A stretch of DNA of 64,000 nucleotides from a virus. Lineage: Duplodnaviria; Caudoviricetes. Position 1 is the stretch's first letter. Each line of letters begins with the position of its first letter. Of this stretch, positions 40,212 to 49,716 are shown piece by piece. The notes under the pieces are model-generated. The model saw only the letters and a program-made list of their open reading frames with translations. It did not search any database and was not told where the DNA came from. The stretch lies in the IMG/VR virus record IMGVR_UViG_3300046786_000293, positions 64,001-128,000 of that record. One strand, 5' to 3'. Made by a program: the position numbers and the translations under genes.

Positions 40212-41531
40212 TTACAGGTACAAGCTCATAAACCCGTCAACTTTTTCGCCAATATAAGCAATCTGCTCAGGTGTAATAACTCCTGATGTACCATGGAAGT
40301 AACTGCGAGTCATAGTCATTGTAGCCACAGGGAAATCATTTTTGGCCTTGTTCATATCCATCAAATGACTATACGCAGGTTGCAACATAATATTGCCAGC
40401 AAAGTAAGGACGAGTTTGAATTAAGTTTTCTTCCAAATAGTCAACTATGTCACTACGATTAAACGGAGCATCAGCACGAATGGTCAAAGGAAATGCAAAC
40501 CAACTTGGATCTGCTTTATCTCGTGCTCGTGGTAAATGGAAAAACTGTTCGTACTTGCTATAAATGTCAAACAACAATTTATAATTGCGGCGACGTAGAC
40601 TGTGAATTTTAGGCAACTTTTCTAATTGCTTCATACCCATGGCACATTGCATTTCAATTGGTTTTAAGTTGTAACCAATTTCGTCGTAGACAAATTTGTG
40701 ATCAAATGTCTCTTCAGGCAATGCCGGAACCCAGTTATTAAATCTTTTACCGCAAGTACCGCATTTAAGTTTATTTGCTTCGGGGCCAACACAATAACAT
40801 CCTCGTCCCCATTCACGGAAACTACGTAGAATGATATCTGTTGCCTCATCGTTAGTAGCAACATAACCGCCTTCACCCATAGTCATATGATGTGCCGGGT
40901 AAAAACTACACGATGCCATCAGACCAAAACTACCCAATGGCTTACCGTCGTACGTACTACCTAGTGCATCGCAACAATCTTCTAGTAGAATAAGATTATA
41001 CTTGTTAACCAATTCCATTACACGATCCATATTAGGAGGGTTGCCTAATACATGAGCAAAAGTAATGACACGAATTTCAGGATCTTCTTTTAAACGTTGT
41101 TCTGCTTGATCCAAATTTAAGTTAAGCGTATCAAGTTCGATATCAACAAACACCGGAGTAAAACCCACTTGTAACATAGGGTTTAATGTTGTAGGAAAAC
41201 CTGCAATAGGAGTCAATACTTTAGTGCCCTTGGGCAAGTTGTAGCCGCGCTTGGATGTTAATGCAGTCATCATAAGCAGGTTGGCGCTTGAGCCACTGTT
41301 AGTAACAATACCTTTTGTTTTGCCAAATTGCTTAGGAAATTCTTTTTCGAATTTCAAGCCTTGATCGCCCATAGCCAGCCAACCGCTGAGCAAACTCTTA
41401 ACCCCGGCTTCAAACTCATCTTCATCATAGACTGCACCGGCATAAGGTATAAAGTCTTTGCCTGCGGTCCATGTTTTCTTCTCGTTCTTTTCTTTGATGT
41501 ATAATCTAACTTGTTTAAGAATATCTTCCAT
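40212..41531 (-). CDS. rfbH: CDP-4-keto-6-deoxyglucose 3-dehydrase-like (RfbH/DdhC; DegT/DnrJ/EryC1/StrS family)
   Basis: NSGSSAN, EDCCDALG, SFYPAHHMTMGEGG (His in place of the usual PLP Lys), CYC...CG Fe-S segment, HKF..DEIGYNLK. Confidence 0.88.
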   Translation of the reverse strand: MEDILKQVRLYIKEKNEKKTWTAGKDFIPYAGAVYDEDEFEAGVKSLLSGWLAMGDQGLKFEKEFPKQFGKTKGIVTNSGSSANLLMMTALTSKRGYNLPKGTKVLTPIAGFPTTLNPMLQVGFTPVFVDIELDTLNLNLDQAEQRLKEDPEIRVITFAHVLGNPPNMDRVMELVNKYNLILLEDCCDALGSTYDGKPLGSFGLMASCSFYPAHHMTMGEGGYVATNDEATDIILRSFREWGRGCYCVGPEANKLKCGTCGKRFNNWVPALPEETFDHKFVYDEIGYNLKPIEMQCAMGMKQLEKLPKIHSLRRRNYKLLFDIYSKYEQFFHLPRARDKADPSWFAFPLTIRADAPFNRSDIVDYLEENLIQTRPYFAGNIMLQPAYSHLMDMNKAKNDFPVATMTMTRSYFHGTSGVITPEQIAYIGEKVDGFMSLYL

Positions 41532-42502
41532 TATCGATCCTTATTTGTTCTTTGTTTGTACATTTCAATGTTTAACCAATTTGAATTACTCCACGCTAGT
41601 TTATCCCACACAGGAAAATAGTTTAGCATTTCATCAACACTTTGTTTAATTGAGATAGGTGCCCACGAGCCAATAGTTTCTTTCATTAATGAGGTATCAA
41701 CATAGTAACTTCTTGGATCATGTATATTTTTATATACTACTTGAAGATCGGGTAGTTTGTCAATAAGTGCATCGCGCACCTCTGTGGCAATTTCTTCTAA
41801 TGTATAGTTTTTCATGGCCACATTTATTACCTGCGGGCATTTTGGTGCGGCAACTAGTCTACTATAAACTTCGCACAAGTCCTCAACGTGAATCAAAGGG
41901 CGACAAAGTTTTGGATCATTGACATAGATAGTGCCTTCGATGATAGCGTTCTTGGTCATAGTGTTCACGACTAAATCAGTACGCATACGCGGAGCCCAAC
42001 CAAATACAGTAGCTTGACGTAGTGTTACTACTTCAAATGTATCATCATTTAAATAACCTAAATTATTTTCTGCTTGAATCTTACTTACGCTGTAAGGCAT
42101 ATCGCTAACGGGATAGTCTTGTTCTGTGAGTAATTTGTTGTCGTTTTTGCCGTAAACGCTACAACTTCCAGCAAAAATAACACGTTTAACACCTGCTTTT
42201 TTAGCCAGGAAACCTACTAGACTAGTACTAGCAACGTTTTGTTTAAAATTTTCACTGGGACTAAAGTTAGCCATTGGGTCATTGCTAAAACCTGCTAAGT
42301 GGATGACTTGATCTGCACCTACATAGTCTTCGACTGTGGTGTCAAACAAATCTACATTACGTACAACAATATTGGGTAAGTCGGGTAAATTTCGTCCAAA
42401 ATAAAAGTCATCAAACACTGTGATGTCATGACCTTGTTGTGCTAGATAAGGTACAAGTTTGGATCCTATGTATCCTGCACCCCCTGTGATAATTAGTTTC
42501 AT
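41531..42502 (-). CDS. NAD-dependent epimerase/dehydratase (extended SDR)
   Basis: TGGAGYIG, YSVSK, RMRTDLVVN. Confidence 0.9.
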   Translation of the reverse strand: MKLIITGGAGYIGSKLVPYLAQQGHDITVFDDFYFGRNLPDLPNIVVRNVDLFDTTVEDYVGADQVIHLAGFSNDPMANFSPSENFKQNVASTSLVGFLAKKAGVKRVIFAGSCSVYGKNDNKLLTEQDYPVSDMPYSVSKIQAENNLGYLNDDTFEVVTLRQATVFGWAPRMRTDLVVNTMTKNAIIEGTIYVNDPKLCRPLIHVEDLCEVYSRLVAAPKCPQVINVAMKNYTLEEIATEVRDALIDKLPDLQVVYKNIHDPRSYYVDTSLMKETIGSWAPISIKQSVDEMLNYFPVWDKLAWSNSNWLNIEMYKQRTNKDR

Positions 42503-43230
42503 TCTGTTAGTAAAGCAATGCCAAGTTCATTGGCCAGTTTTGTCATGGTATCGATTCTGTTCTGAGCGCCTCGGCTGCTGTGCCAATGTACAATATTAGC
42601 ATCTTCAAAGTTAATTCCATTCCATTCATCTGCTAGTTCACGATTATGCGTATGGTTAGCCATCATAAAGCCTTGATAAGCAAGTTTAGGATGTAGTACG
42701 TCCTGCACTTCAAGGCCTTGACTCCAAAGCATAGCATTATAAATGTTCTGTTCATCTTCCCAAATCTTAATCTTTGCTTCTTCTTCAAGACTAAACTCCC
42801 ACCATGCTTCGTCCATACTAGCAGGATAGTATCTAACGTCGCAGTTAAAGTTATTCGGGAACAAATTATTAGCTTTAGGATCAGTATAGTTAAACATCAT
42901 AAAGTTGTCAAACTTATCAAATACTTCAGTGGGTTTAATCATCTGAGTGTCTAATCCGCCAAATAAAATATTACAAGGACCGTGTTTTTGTTTTAGGTCG
43001 TAGATTTGTTTGAAATTGTACTTAAACACTTCTAGTACATTGTCAACTTCTGCTTCAAGCAATACATACTCCCAATCACCTTGCAAAAAGTGTCGGTAGC
43101 TAGATTTGCTCAATAGTTGAAGTTGTTTGTATAGGCCATAGAGATCGCCTTCGTCTTTGCGGTCTTTCCAACCGTAGTCTGTGCTTTTTACTCGTATAAG
43201 AGTTTGTACCAAAAAGTTTTTGATAGTCAT
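42499..43230 (-). CDS. Putative glycosyltransferase-like protein
   Basis: In sugar operon; GLDT, DEQNIYN, HWHSSR pattern; weak. Confidence 0.5.
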   Translation of the reverse strand: MTIKNFLVQTLIRVKSTDYGWKDRKDEGDLYGLYKQLQLLSKSSYRHFLQGDWEYVLLEAEVDNVLEVFKYNFKQIYDLKQKHGPCNILFGGLDTQMIKPTEVFDKFDNFMMFNYTDPKANNLFPNNFNCDVRYYPASMDEAWWEFSLEEEAKIKIWEDEQNIYNAMLWSQGLEVQDVLHPKLAYQGFMMANHTHNRELADEWNGINFEDANIVHWHSSRGAQNRIDTMTKLANELGIALLTE

Positions 43231-43273
43231 ATATTCCTCGATATGCTAGTACTTAGTAGAGTACTAGTAGGGT

Positions 43274-43714
43274 TCATTGGTTTTTATATTCGTAGTTAAC
43301 AGTATCATCGTTAACTCTAAAAACTTCAGCACCATTTTTTAGGTGGAAACGTTTGGCTAATTCAGTTTGAGGACTAAGTGTTACAAAACGCTTTACATTT
43401 GGAAGTTCTTTTTTAACACGTTCTAATCCTTCTCGGATTAGTTTCTGTCCAGCACCAGGTGCATAACTCCATATTGTATAAAAAACTGCTGTGTCAGGGT
43501 TCTCAGTATTGTCTTCTAGCAACTCTTGTTCAGTGCTAGGAATTTTACTGCATAGTTTAGCGCAGACAACTGCTTTAACATTATCATTTTCTGTTAAAGC
43601 AAAAACTTGTCTGTTGAATCCGAAACGTTGTTCGTGTGGTATATGAGGACGAACTGGGTCGTCTTTCAAGTAGGTGGCAAAAGGGTCATTAAGGTCGGGT
43701 ATTAAGTAAATCAT
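43274..43714 (-). CDS. Hypothetical protein (acyltransferase-like fold possible)
   Basis: DDPVRPHI, FYTIWSY..GAGQKLI, VTLSP. Confidence 0.65.
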   Translation of the reverse strand: MIYLIPDLNDPFATYLKDDPVRPHIPHEQRFGFNRQVFALTENDNVKAVVCAKLCSKIPSTEQELLEDNTENPDTAVFYTIWSYAPGAGQKLIREGLERVKKELPNVKRFVTLSPQTELAKRFHLKNGAEVFRVNDDTVNYEYKNQ

Positions 43715-43753
43715 GATAACAGGTCCAGGCTCACCTGTATTTATAATACCTCA

Positions 43754-44719
43754 TTATAAACTATACCACAAACCGGTGTCAATACTTGTTAAGCCAGAAT
43801 ATCTATTAGTTTGCAACGGATGATTTAAGTTATAAGGATTGCTACGCTTAAAAGTACTGCCCTTAATTCTATCTAATATTTTATTAACTTTGTCTAAGTC
43901 GCTGGCAGGCACTGACAAGTACTTCAACATTTCTGCACGATCTGTATACGGACTCTGACACAACGTCATTAATACAATGTCAAACTCTAAGTAACTAAAT
44001 CCAAATTGATCTTCGTCACCGTCACTAATACCTAATCCATCAGTGGGTTTAGCAAAAACTGTGCTTGCCGGTACTCCTACCGTTTCTGCTAGTTTTGGCA
44101 CTTCCCAACTTTTAATAAGACTTTGAATTGGTGCCAAGTCTCCCACATCCCCGTGTAGTGTCCAAAAGCCGGCGGCAAGTTCGCTAAAGTTATCTGTGCT
44201 ACCAACTAGACCTCGTTCCATACCGGCAATGTTATATAAAGTGATCATACGACTACGAACACGTAGGTTGCCTCTGCGGATTGCATTTCCCGGATCATCT
44301 ATCTTGCTATCGTATTCGCGTACACTGGCCAACAATCCTTCGTACTGAGTAGTCAAGTCTACATGAATATGCTGTAACCCTAACTCGCGGCAGGCTTCGA
44401 TGCCTCGATCCGTTTCTTCTTGTTTTTGATGTATAGGCATAGTTACGCCTATTACTCGCCAGCCAGCTTTTCTAAATAAGGCCGCAGTTAGTGCGCTGTC
44501 AACTCCGCCGCTCATTCCTACCACTGCGGTATGCATTTTATATTTGTTTGCATAGGCTATTAGCCCGCTCACAAGTTTATTGCCGGAGTCTTCTAATGTG
44601 TTTTGATCTGTATATATACCTGCGTCAATTAGTTCGTCTAGTTTGCTATCGAACCAATTTGATAAAGGTTGCATTAGATCTTGTCTGCTGTAGTGTAGTA
44701 TTTCTGATTTTAGTGCCAT
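43754..44719 (-). CDS. nadE: NH3-dependent NAD+ synthetase
   Basis: GMSGGVDSA, NLRVRSRM, TDNFSE...GFWTLHGD, PTDGL...DED. Confidence 0.92.
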   Translation of the reverse strand: MALKSEILHYSRQDLMQPLSNWFDSKLDELIDAGIYTDQNTLEDSGNKLVSGLIAYANKYKMHTAVVGMSGGVDSALTAALFRKAGWRVIGVTMPIHQKQEETDRGIEACRELGLQHIHVDLTTQYEGLLASVREYDSKIDDPGNAIRRGNLRVRSRMITLYNIAGMERGLVGSTDNFSELAAGFWTLHGDVGDLAPIQSLIKSWEVPKLAETVGVPASTVFAKPTDGLGISDGDEDQFGFSYLEFDIVLMTLCQSPYTDRAEMLKYLSVPASDLDKVNKILDRIKGSTFKRSNPYNLNHPLQTNRYSGLTSIDTGLWYSL

Positions 44720-44751
44720 AGTAAATTATATATGTTTTAGAAAGTCAAGTC

Positions 44752-44779
44752 AAAAAAATAGGACCCAAAGGGTCCTATT
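44752..44779 (-). terminator. Intrinsic terminator after the Ro60-like gene
   Basis: AAUAGGACCC-UUU-GGGUCCUAUU + U tract. Confidence 0.85.
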
Positions 44780-44893
44780 GGTAGTTTGTTGTGTCGGGAT
44801 ACCACACCCCGGATACACAGCCCATCCCGCATTTCGTGTACCGCGGACGCAGACTGGTCATCTCTTTCGAGTAGTGCGGGTCTGCGAAGTTAT

Positions 44894-46312
44894 TTAAACC
44901 GCGTAGCGGTCTGACATAACTGTCTTCAGCATGATTGCTTCTGGTGTGAAGTCATCCATGCTGCCGCTTAGGATGCTCTTAGCTACAGCTGGGCTGAAAC
45001 CAGAGACCAAAGCAGTACCGCTCTTGTCGAACTTTACTGGTGCGTTGCCGTATGCGGCATTCAAGTTCCAGAATACAACCTTTGGAAGTTCGTATCCTGC
45101 GGCTTCATACTTACGTGCGATCATTTCGATTGCACTGTCGTCGTGCTTGACACAAGTGTCAAACTGCATGTCACTGAAGATAACAAGAGTTTCAGGCATT
45201 TCTGCTTGTGGAACCTTGTTTTCAAGTGCCACCGACAAGATCTTATCAAATGCCGCATGAAGGTTGGTGTTAGCAACTTCTCCAGTGTTCATTTGATCAA
45301 TCTTTTGATTGATTGTACCCTTAAGGTTAATCAATTGTGGACGGTTAGAGAAGGTCAAGAACGTGTCCTTGAACTTACCCTTGTTCTTGTCTGCAAAGTA
45401 CAATCCCAGAGAGATTGCAACTTCCAAACAAGACAAGCCACTCTTGCTGTTATAACCACCTGCGGCGCAGGTCATCGAACCGCTAGAGTCAACTAGTGGC
45501 AACACGTTAGCGTCACCAATGTAGTTAGGCAATGCGTCCCATTGTGCTTGAATTGCATCAAGCTCAGTCTTGCTCATAGTACGAGCACCATAACCGATAC
45601 GGCCCTTTAGGACATCGTATGGGTATACTGCACCCGCATTGATCTTAACTGTAGCGTCGCCCTTGACCAACTTAGCAACGTATTCGGCATAGGTTGTACC
45701 ATGACGACCGAATGCCTTCTTGTAACGTGCATGAGCCAACGATGGAACGTGGCTGTAGTTGATGCTATCCCAATCTTGAGAACACATTTGTGTTTCAACA
45801 ACATTGGTTAGAGCAACTAGGCTCTTACGGTATTGCTTTGGGGTCATACCGTAAAACTCACGAATTTCGCGAGCCAACTCACCCTTACGAGGAGTCCACT
45901 TTGCGGCTAGGCCGTTACGAGCACGAAGTGCATCACCTAGCAACGTGAATGCCTTGTCCTTTAGTGGCTTGGTCTTGAATACGAATAAGTCGTCCCAACG
46001 ACCAACTTCAGGAACCTTTGCAAGCAAAAGTTCCGCATCTTCTGGATGCTTAAGTTCAAGGTGAGTCAAGATTTGCTTGAACAATTCTCGTTCACCGGAA
46101 CCACCACGGACGTCACGAGCCCACAATGCGATACGCAATGCGAGATCACGATTCTCAACATAAGCCGCAGTAAATGCGGGAATTATGTTCTTACCTCGGC
46201 TTGCACCGATGTTGAAGAACAAGTCGACACAGGCGTTTGCTGTGGACTTGCGAGCCTTCATACCGTTAGCGGTACGAGCGGATTGATTCTTAACTGCTTC
46301 TGCGAATTGCAT
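44894..46312 (-). CDS. TROVE/Ro60-related RNA-binding protein with C-terminal vWA domain (DUF2828-type)
   Basis: DLFF..GASR, ARDVRGGSGER, AKWTPR, YRK helical region; vWA MIDAS VDSSGSM, IFSDMQFD, VFWNL; start refined to ATG 46312 with RBS AGAAAGGAG. Family name from recall. Confidence 0.8.
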   Translation of the reverse strand: MQFAEAVKNQSARTANGMKARKSTANACVDLFFNIGASRGKNIIPAFTAAYVENRDLALRIALWARDVRGGSGERELFKQILTHLELKHPEDAELLLAKVPEVGRWDDLFVFKTKPLKDKAFTLLGDALRARNGLAAKWTPRKGELAREIREFYGMTPKQYRKSLVALTNVVETQMCSQDWDSINYSHVPSLAHARYKKAFGRHGTTYAEYVAKLVKGDATVKINAGAVYPYDVLKGRIGYGARTMSKTELDAIQAQWDALPNYIGDANVLPLVDSSGSMTCAAGGYNSKSGLSCLEVAISLGLYFADKNKGKFKDTFLTFSNRPQLINLKGTINQKIDQMNTGEVANTNLHAAFDKILSVALENKVPQAEMPETLVIFSDMQFDTCVKHDDSAIEMIARKYEAAGYELPKVVFWNLNAAYGNAPVKFDKSGTALVSGFSPAVAKSILSGSMDDFTPEAIMLKTVMSDRYAV

Positions 46313-46340
46313 AGTGTTCTCCTTTCTATTGATTTTATGC

Positions 46341-46396
46341 AACAGGATGCGCTTTTTCTCTTTTTTGGATTAAGATAAAATTGCTGAATGCATCCT
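46341..46396 (-). ncRNA. CAGCAA-module RNA A (Y-RNA-like candidate)
   Basis: AGGAUGC-AUU-CAGCAA ... GCAUCCU-GUU. Confidence 0.7.
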
Positions 46397-46403
46397 AAAA
46401 ATT

Positions 46404-46599
46404 AACTGGATGGGCGGAACCGTAATTTATTTTCTGCTTGCCTAGTCCCCAGTATCTCGGTTCAGTCCCGCAAGCCTATCGCTAATCGTTAGCGCCCGAT
46501 CCTAGTATCTCGACTAGACACAAAGCCCAATTACGCCAGGACGGGCCCTTCGGGTTACCCCAAAGCTTCAAGTATTGTTTAAATTGCTGTATCCATCCA
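46404..46599 (-). ncRNA. CAGCAA-module RNA B
   Basis: UGGAUGG-AUA-CAGCAA ... CCAUCCA-GUU; internal hairpins CUAGU/ACUAG, GCUAA/UUAGC. Confidence 0.7.
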
Positions 46600-46608
46600 A
46601 GAATTCAA

Positions 46609-46778
46609 AACAGGTTAGTTGTTGACTGCTTTTATTTGACTCAGGCCATCACTCTGAGCTTGCTGGGCCATTTCAATAGTCACCCTTCAACGCTCGGTGT
46701 TTTTACGCACTCTGCTCCAGTTAACTACCATGGTAACCAGCGGATCATATAATATGAATATGCTGCTGTACCTAACCT
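46609..46778 (-). ncRNA. CAGCAA-module RNA C
   Basis: AGGUUAG-GUA-CAGCAG ... CUAACCU-GUU (covarying stem). Confidence 0.65.
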
Positions 46779-46866
46779 TTAAATCTTACAATACATCTAT
46801 TGTATGTTCTTTCTGATTTGATGTCTACAATTATTTTTGATTCGTTTTACCAAAATTAAATACTTT

Positions 46867-47565
46867 ATGATTCAACACCCGTATACTGAATACGCTAACA
46901 AAAAACTACTTTGGTTGCCCACAGACACTAAAGAACGTTACGATCAAAATCTTAAAGACAATTACAATCTATTAGACCAATTTGGGTGGGTTGATAGCAC
47001 TATTAGTTACCAATTCAACAGTTTAGGTTTTCGTAGCGAAGAATTTACCAAATCGGACAACGCTGTTTTTTTAGGCTGTAGTCATACAGTTGGTGTTGGA
47101 TTACCTTTAGAAAATACTTGGCCTTACTATGTAAGTCAGGCACTAAATTTAAAATGTTACAATTTGGGCATCGGTGGCGGTTCATTAGATTTAGCATTTA
47201 GACTTTCATACTATTTGCTTAAAGAACTACAACCTAAATTTGTATTCTTGTTGTGCCCGGGTAGATTTAGAATGGAATTATTTGAAGGCAACGATTTGAT
47301 TTCATTTTTGCCTGCTAACTCCGATGGGCATAAAAAATTAAATTATTTTTATAAATGTTATTTAGAAAACGACTACAATCATTTTTTAAATCAACAAAAA
47401 AATATTTTAGCAATTAAAACTTTGTGCAACGACTTAAACATTAAATTTATCTACATTAACGATCCCGAGATAGATCAAAATAAGACTGACCTTGCAAGAG
47501 ATCTTATGCACAAAGGTCCCAAGTCTCACTTCAATTTAGCACAAAGATTTCTTAATATGTTGTAA
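46867..47565 (+). CDS. Hypothetical protein (SGNH-like phage family)
   Basis: YQFNSLGFRS, FLGCSHTVGVG, NLGIGGGS, ARD.MH.G. Confidence 0.75.
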   Translation: MIQHPYTEYANKKLLWLPTDTKERYDQNLKDNYNLLDQFGWVDSTISYQFNSLGFRSEEFTKSDNAVFLGCSHTVGVGLPLENTWPYYVSQALNLKCYNLGIGGGSLDLAFRLSYYLLKELQPKFVFLLCPGRFRMELFEGNDLISFLPANSDGHKKLNYFYKCYLENDYNHFLNQQKNILAIKTLCNDLNIKFIYINDPEIDQNKTDLARDLMHKGPKSHFNLAQRFLNML

Positions 47566-47566
47566 T

Positions 47567-47641
47567 TGGTGGATGTTAGTGGGATCGAACCACTGACCTA
47601 CACCGTGTCGAGGTGTTGCACTACCGCTGTGCTAAACATCC
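47567..47641 (-). tRNA. tRNA-Val(GAC), unusual C33
   Basis: Cloverleaf, loop UCGACAC, CCA. Confidence 0.85.
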
Positions 47642-47645
47642 AAAT

Positions 47646-47722
47646 TGGTCCGGCCGGAGGGATTCGAACCCCCATCGGACTCCTTAGAAGGGAGTTGCCT
47701 TAATCCATTAGACCACGGCCAG
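47646..47722 (-). tRNA. tRNA-Arg(UCU)
   Basis: Loop CUUCUAA, CCA. Confidence 0.92.
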
Positions 47723-48097
47723 TTATCTTGTTGCTCTTGCTCTTGCTTCAATCATTTCATCAATAAACCCCTTGTCGACTACATTGGTATAAGTGTCAAC
47801 ATGCCCGCTAGCATGATCTACTACTCGATTATCGGGTTCATGATATGTTCTAACTCTTTCTTGTCCTGCAAGATAACGTTCTTTGTCTTTGTGAAAATGT
47901 GCCTGCACTCTTGATAAACACGTTACATAGGCCATTTGCTTGTTATCTTCACGACTGCGACTAGATGTTCCATTTGCTGTGATACCCGTGGGCTCATGGA
48001 TACATCTGCAACAGTTTTGATGTTTATTACGGTGCTGACCTCCTTTACCGGTGCCAGAATACCATTCATATCTAAATTGTTCTTCCGTAATTTTCAT
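47723..48097 (-). CDS. Mini class-I release-factor/peptidyl-tRNA hydrolase domain protein (GGQ)
   Basis: GTGKGGQHRNK, HEPTG, RSREDNK, RTYHEPDNRVVDH; start refined to ATG 48097. Confidence 0.88.
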   Translation of the reverse strand: MKITEEQFRYEWYSGTGKGGQHRNKHQNCCRCIHEPTGITANGTSSRSREDNKQMAYVTCLSRVQAHFHKDKERYLAGQERVRTYHEPDNRVVDHASGHVDTYTNVVDKGFIDEMIEARARATR

Positions 48098-48108
48098 TTT
48101 AACATCCT

Positions 48109-48192
48109 TGGTGCGAGTGGAGGGATTTGAACCCTCAATCAATTAAGCGGCAGATTTTAAGTCTGCTGTGTATACCGTTCCACCACACTCGC
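48109..48192 (-). tRNA. tRNA-Leu(UAA)
   Basis: Loop CUUAAAA, long variable arm, CCA. Confidence 0.92.
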
Positions 48193-48197
48193 AAATT

Positions 48198-48272
48198 TGG
48201 TCCCGCCAGTAAGAATCGAACTTACATTTATCGCTTAGGAGGCAATCGTTCTATCCATTGAACTATAGCGAG
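48198..48272 (-). tRNA. tRNA-Arg(CCU)
   Basis: Loop CUCCUAA, CCA. Confidence 0.9.
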
Positions 48273-48565
48273 TTATCTTTCAAGACCCGTTGAACTCGTT
48301 TGACTGTATTTAAACATACTTGGTCAAACCCGTCACCGTCTTCTGTGTCAATTATAACACCTTCTAGTTCATAGAATTGATCTCTGTTTGCCGTTTTTAA
48401 CCGTTCAATTTCGTTAGCGGCTTCCTCGAGCAAGTCGGCAATCCGATCCGGAGCACCTTCCTGCACACTTTTACGAGTTGATATTTGGCGTCTAATCTCC
48501 GCCCGCTTACGCAAACGGAAGATTAGGCTTTGTTGTTTAACAGGCAAATCGCTTTCGTCTTTCAT
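48263..48565 (-). CDS. Hypothetical phage protein
   Basis: RLRKRAEIRRQI...DRIADLLEEAA; start refined to ATG 48565. Confidence 0.7.
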   Translation of the reverse strand: MKDESDLPVKQQSLIFRLRKRAEIRRQISTRKSVQEGAPDRIADLLEEAANEIERLKTANRDQFYELEGVIIDTEDGDGFDQVCLNTVKRVQRVLKDNSL

Positions 48566-49446
48566 GCTAATTGTTCCCTTACCCAAGCCAACCGAGCTTG
48601 CTCGTCCATTGCTGTGTATTCTACTATATTAGCACGAATAGCGTCAACCAAGGGATAGAATTCTTCGTCCAGATTTTGCTTGATGTCCTTGTTCAAGTCT
48701 ACTAACTTGTCTGTGCGCGGATTGCGAGCAACCCACTTTGAAGTCAAGTAGTAAGGCGACTTGATCTTAGCACTTACGCCATCCTTAGTATAGAATACAA
48801 ACCCTTCATGTCGAACCGACTTGACTACGTCTAGCATACGTCCCACAGACATTATGGAATGTTCCACAGGGCGAGTACCAAACTCGATTTCAAGCATACG
48901 CAGAATCTTTGAGTCGATCATTACCCGACTGTTCCAATCTTTCGAGCGATAACCTAAAAGATACATACCTTCCAATTCAGGAACAATATGTGGATCACGA
49001 ATATGAACGCACTCAAACATAAACGTAGTGTTATGCCATTGACGGCAAACATTACTGAAACGGGCAACGTCTATCAACTCACGTGCCATGTCAACATAGT
49101 CACCAGTGGTAGAGCCAGTTGTTGAAACAAGCAATTCGCCGTTATGCCAAGTCACAGCTACCATAAAGCCGTTTACCTTACGATAAACGTCAACTAGAGT
49201 ATCCAACGGCAACACAGGTGCTTCCTTTTCGATGCCGTAGTTATAAATTTTAGTAAAAGGACGGCTTACTACGTTGAAGTCTGCGTCAACAATAGTGCCA
49301 CGACATTCTGCAATATAGTCATTCCACAAGTTATCGTAGAACACTTTCTTTTTGTACTTTAGGACGTAAAGGCCTTCACCGGCCGGCTTCATAGAAACCA
49401 ACTTTGGGTTAGCCTTTACGTATCCTGCTAGTTCTTCCTTAAACAT
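48562..49446 (-). CDS. RNA ligase (T4 Rnl1-like)
   Basis: ECRG, RPFTKIYN, KVNG (motif I KxNG), FE, EGFV, KIKS; start refined to ATG 49446. Confidence 0.85.
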   Translation of the reverse strand: MFKEELAGYVKANPKLVSMKPAGEGLYVLKYKKKVFYDNLWNDYIAECRGTIVDADFNVVSRPFTKIYNYGIEKEAPVLPLDTLVDVYRKVNGFMVAVTWHNGELLVSTTGSTTGDYVDMARELIDVARFSNVCRQWHNTTFMFECVHIRDPHIVPELEGMYLLGYRSKDWNSRVMIDSKILRMLEIEFGTRPVEHSIMSVGRMLDVVKSVRHEGFVFYTKDGVSAKIKSPYYLTSKWVARNPRTDKLVDLNKDIKQNLDEEFYPLVDAIRANIVEYTAMDEQARLAWVREQLA

Positions 49447-49447
49447 T

Positions 49448-49645
49448 CTATACTCCGAAATTAAATTCACGGACCCACTCGAAACGAGTCGAAGCAGGCA
49501 CCCACTTGAAATGTTGCTTCTTACGCTCGGGCTGTTCCCAGTCCGAGCAAAGCATCACCCATCCGCGGTCAGGAGAAAACACCACAGCGTCGGCAACTCG
49601 AACAACTTCGAAAAGCCGCCCATCCATTTTTGCCACTATTACCAT
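49448..49645 (-). CDS. Small hypothetical protein
   Basis: 65 aa, RBS AGGAG. Confidence 0.6.
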   Translation of the reverse strand: MVIVAKMDGRLFEVVRVADAVVFSPDRGWVMLCSDWEQPERKKQHFKWVPASTRFEWVREFNFGV

Positions 49646-49716
49646 GCTTTGCTCCTTTCTCGTAATACAGTTATTATACTATATTTGGGAATTTCGAGCA
49701 ACCAAAAAATGTAGTA

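Noticed and set aside
1454-46378. Short plus-strand ORFs antisense to long minus-strand genes (e.g. 1454, 2070, 5879, 9499, 33745, 37788, 38642, 44931, 45143, 46046)
   Set aside because: Antisense shadows of well-supported genes, with no independent motifs or expression signals.
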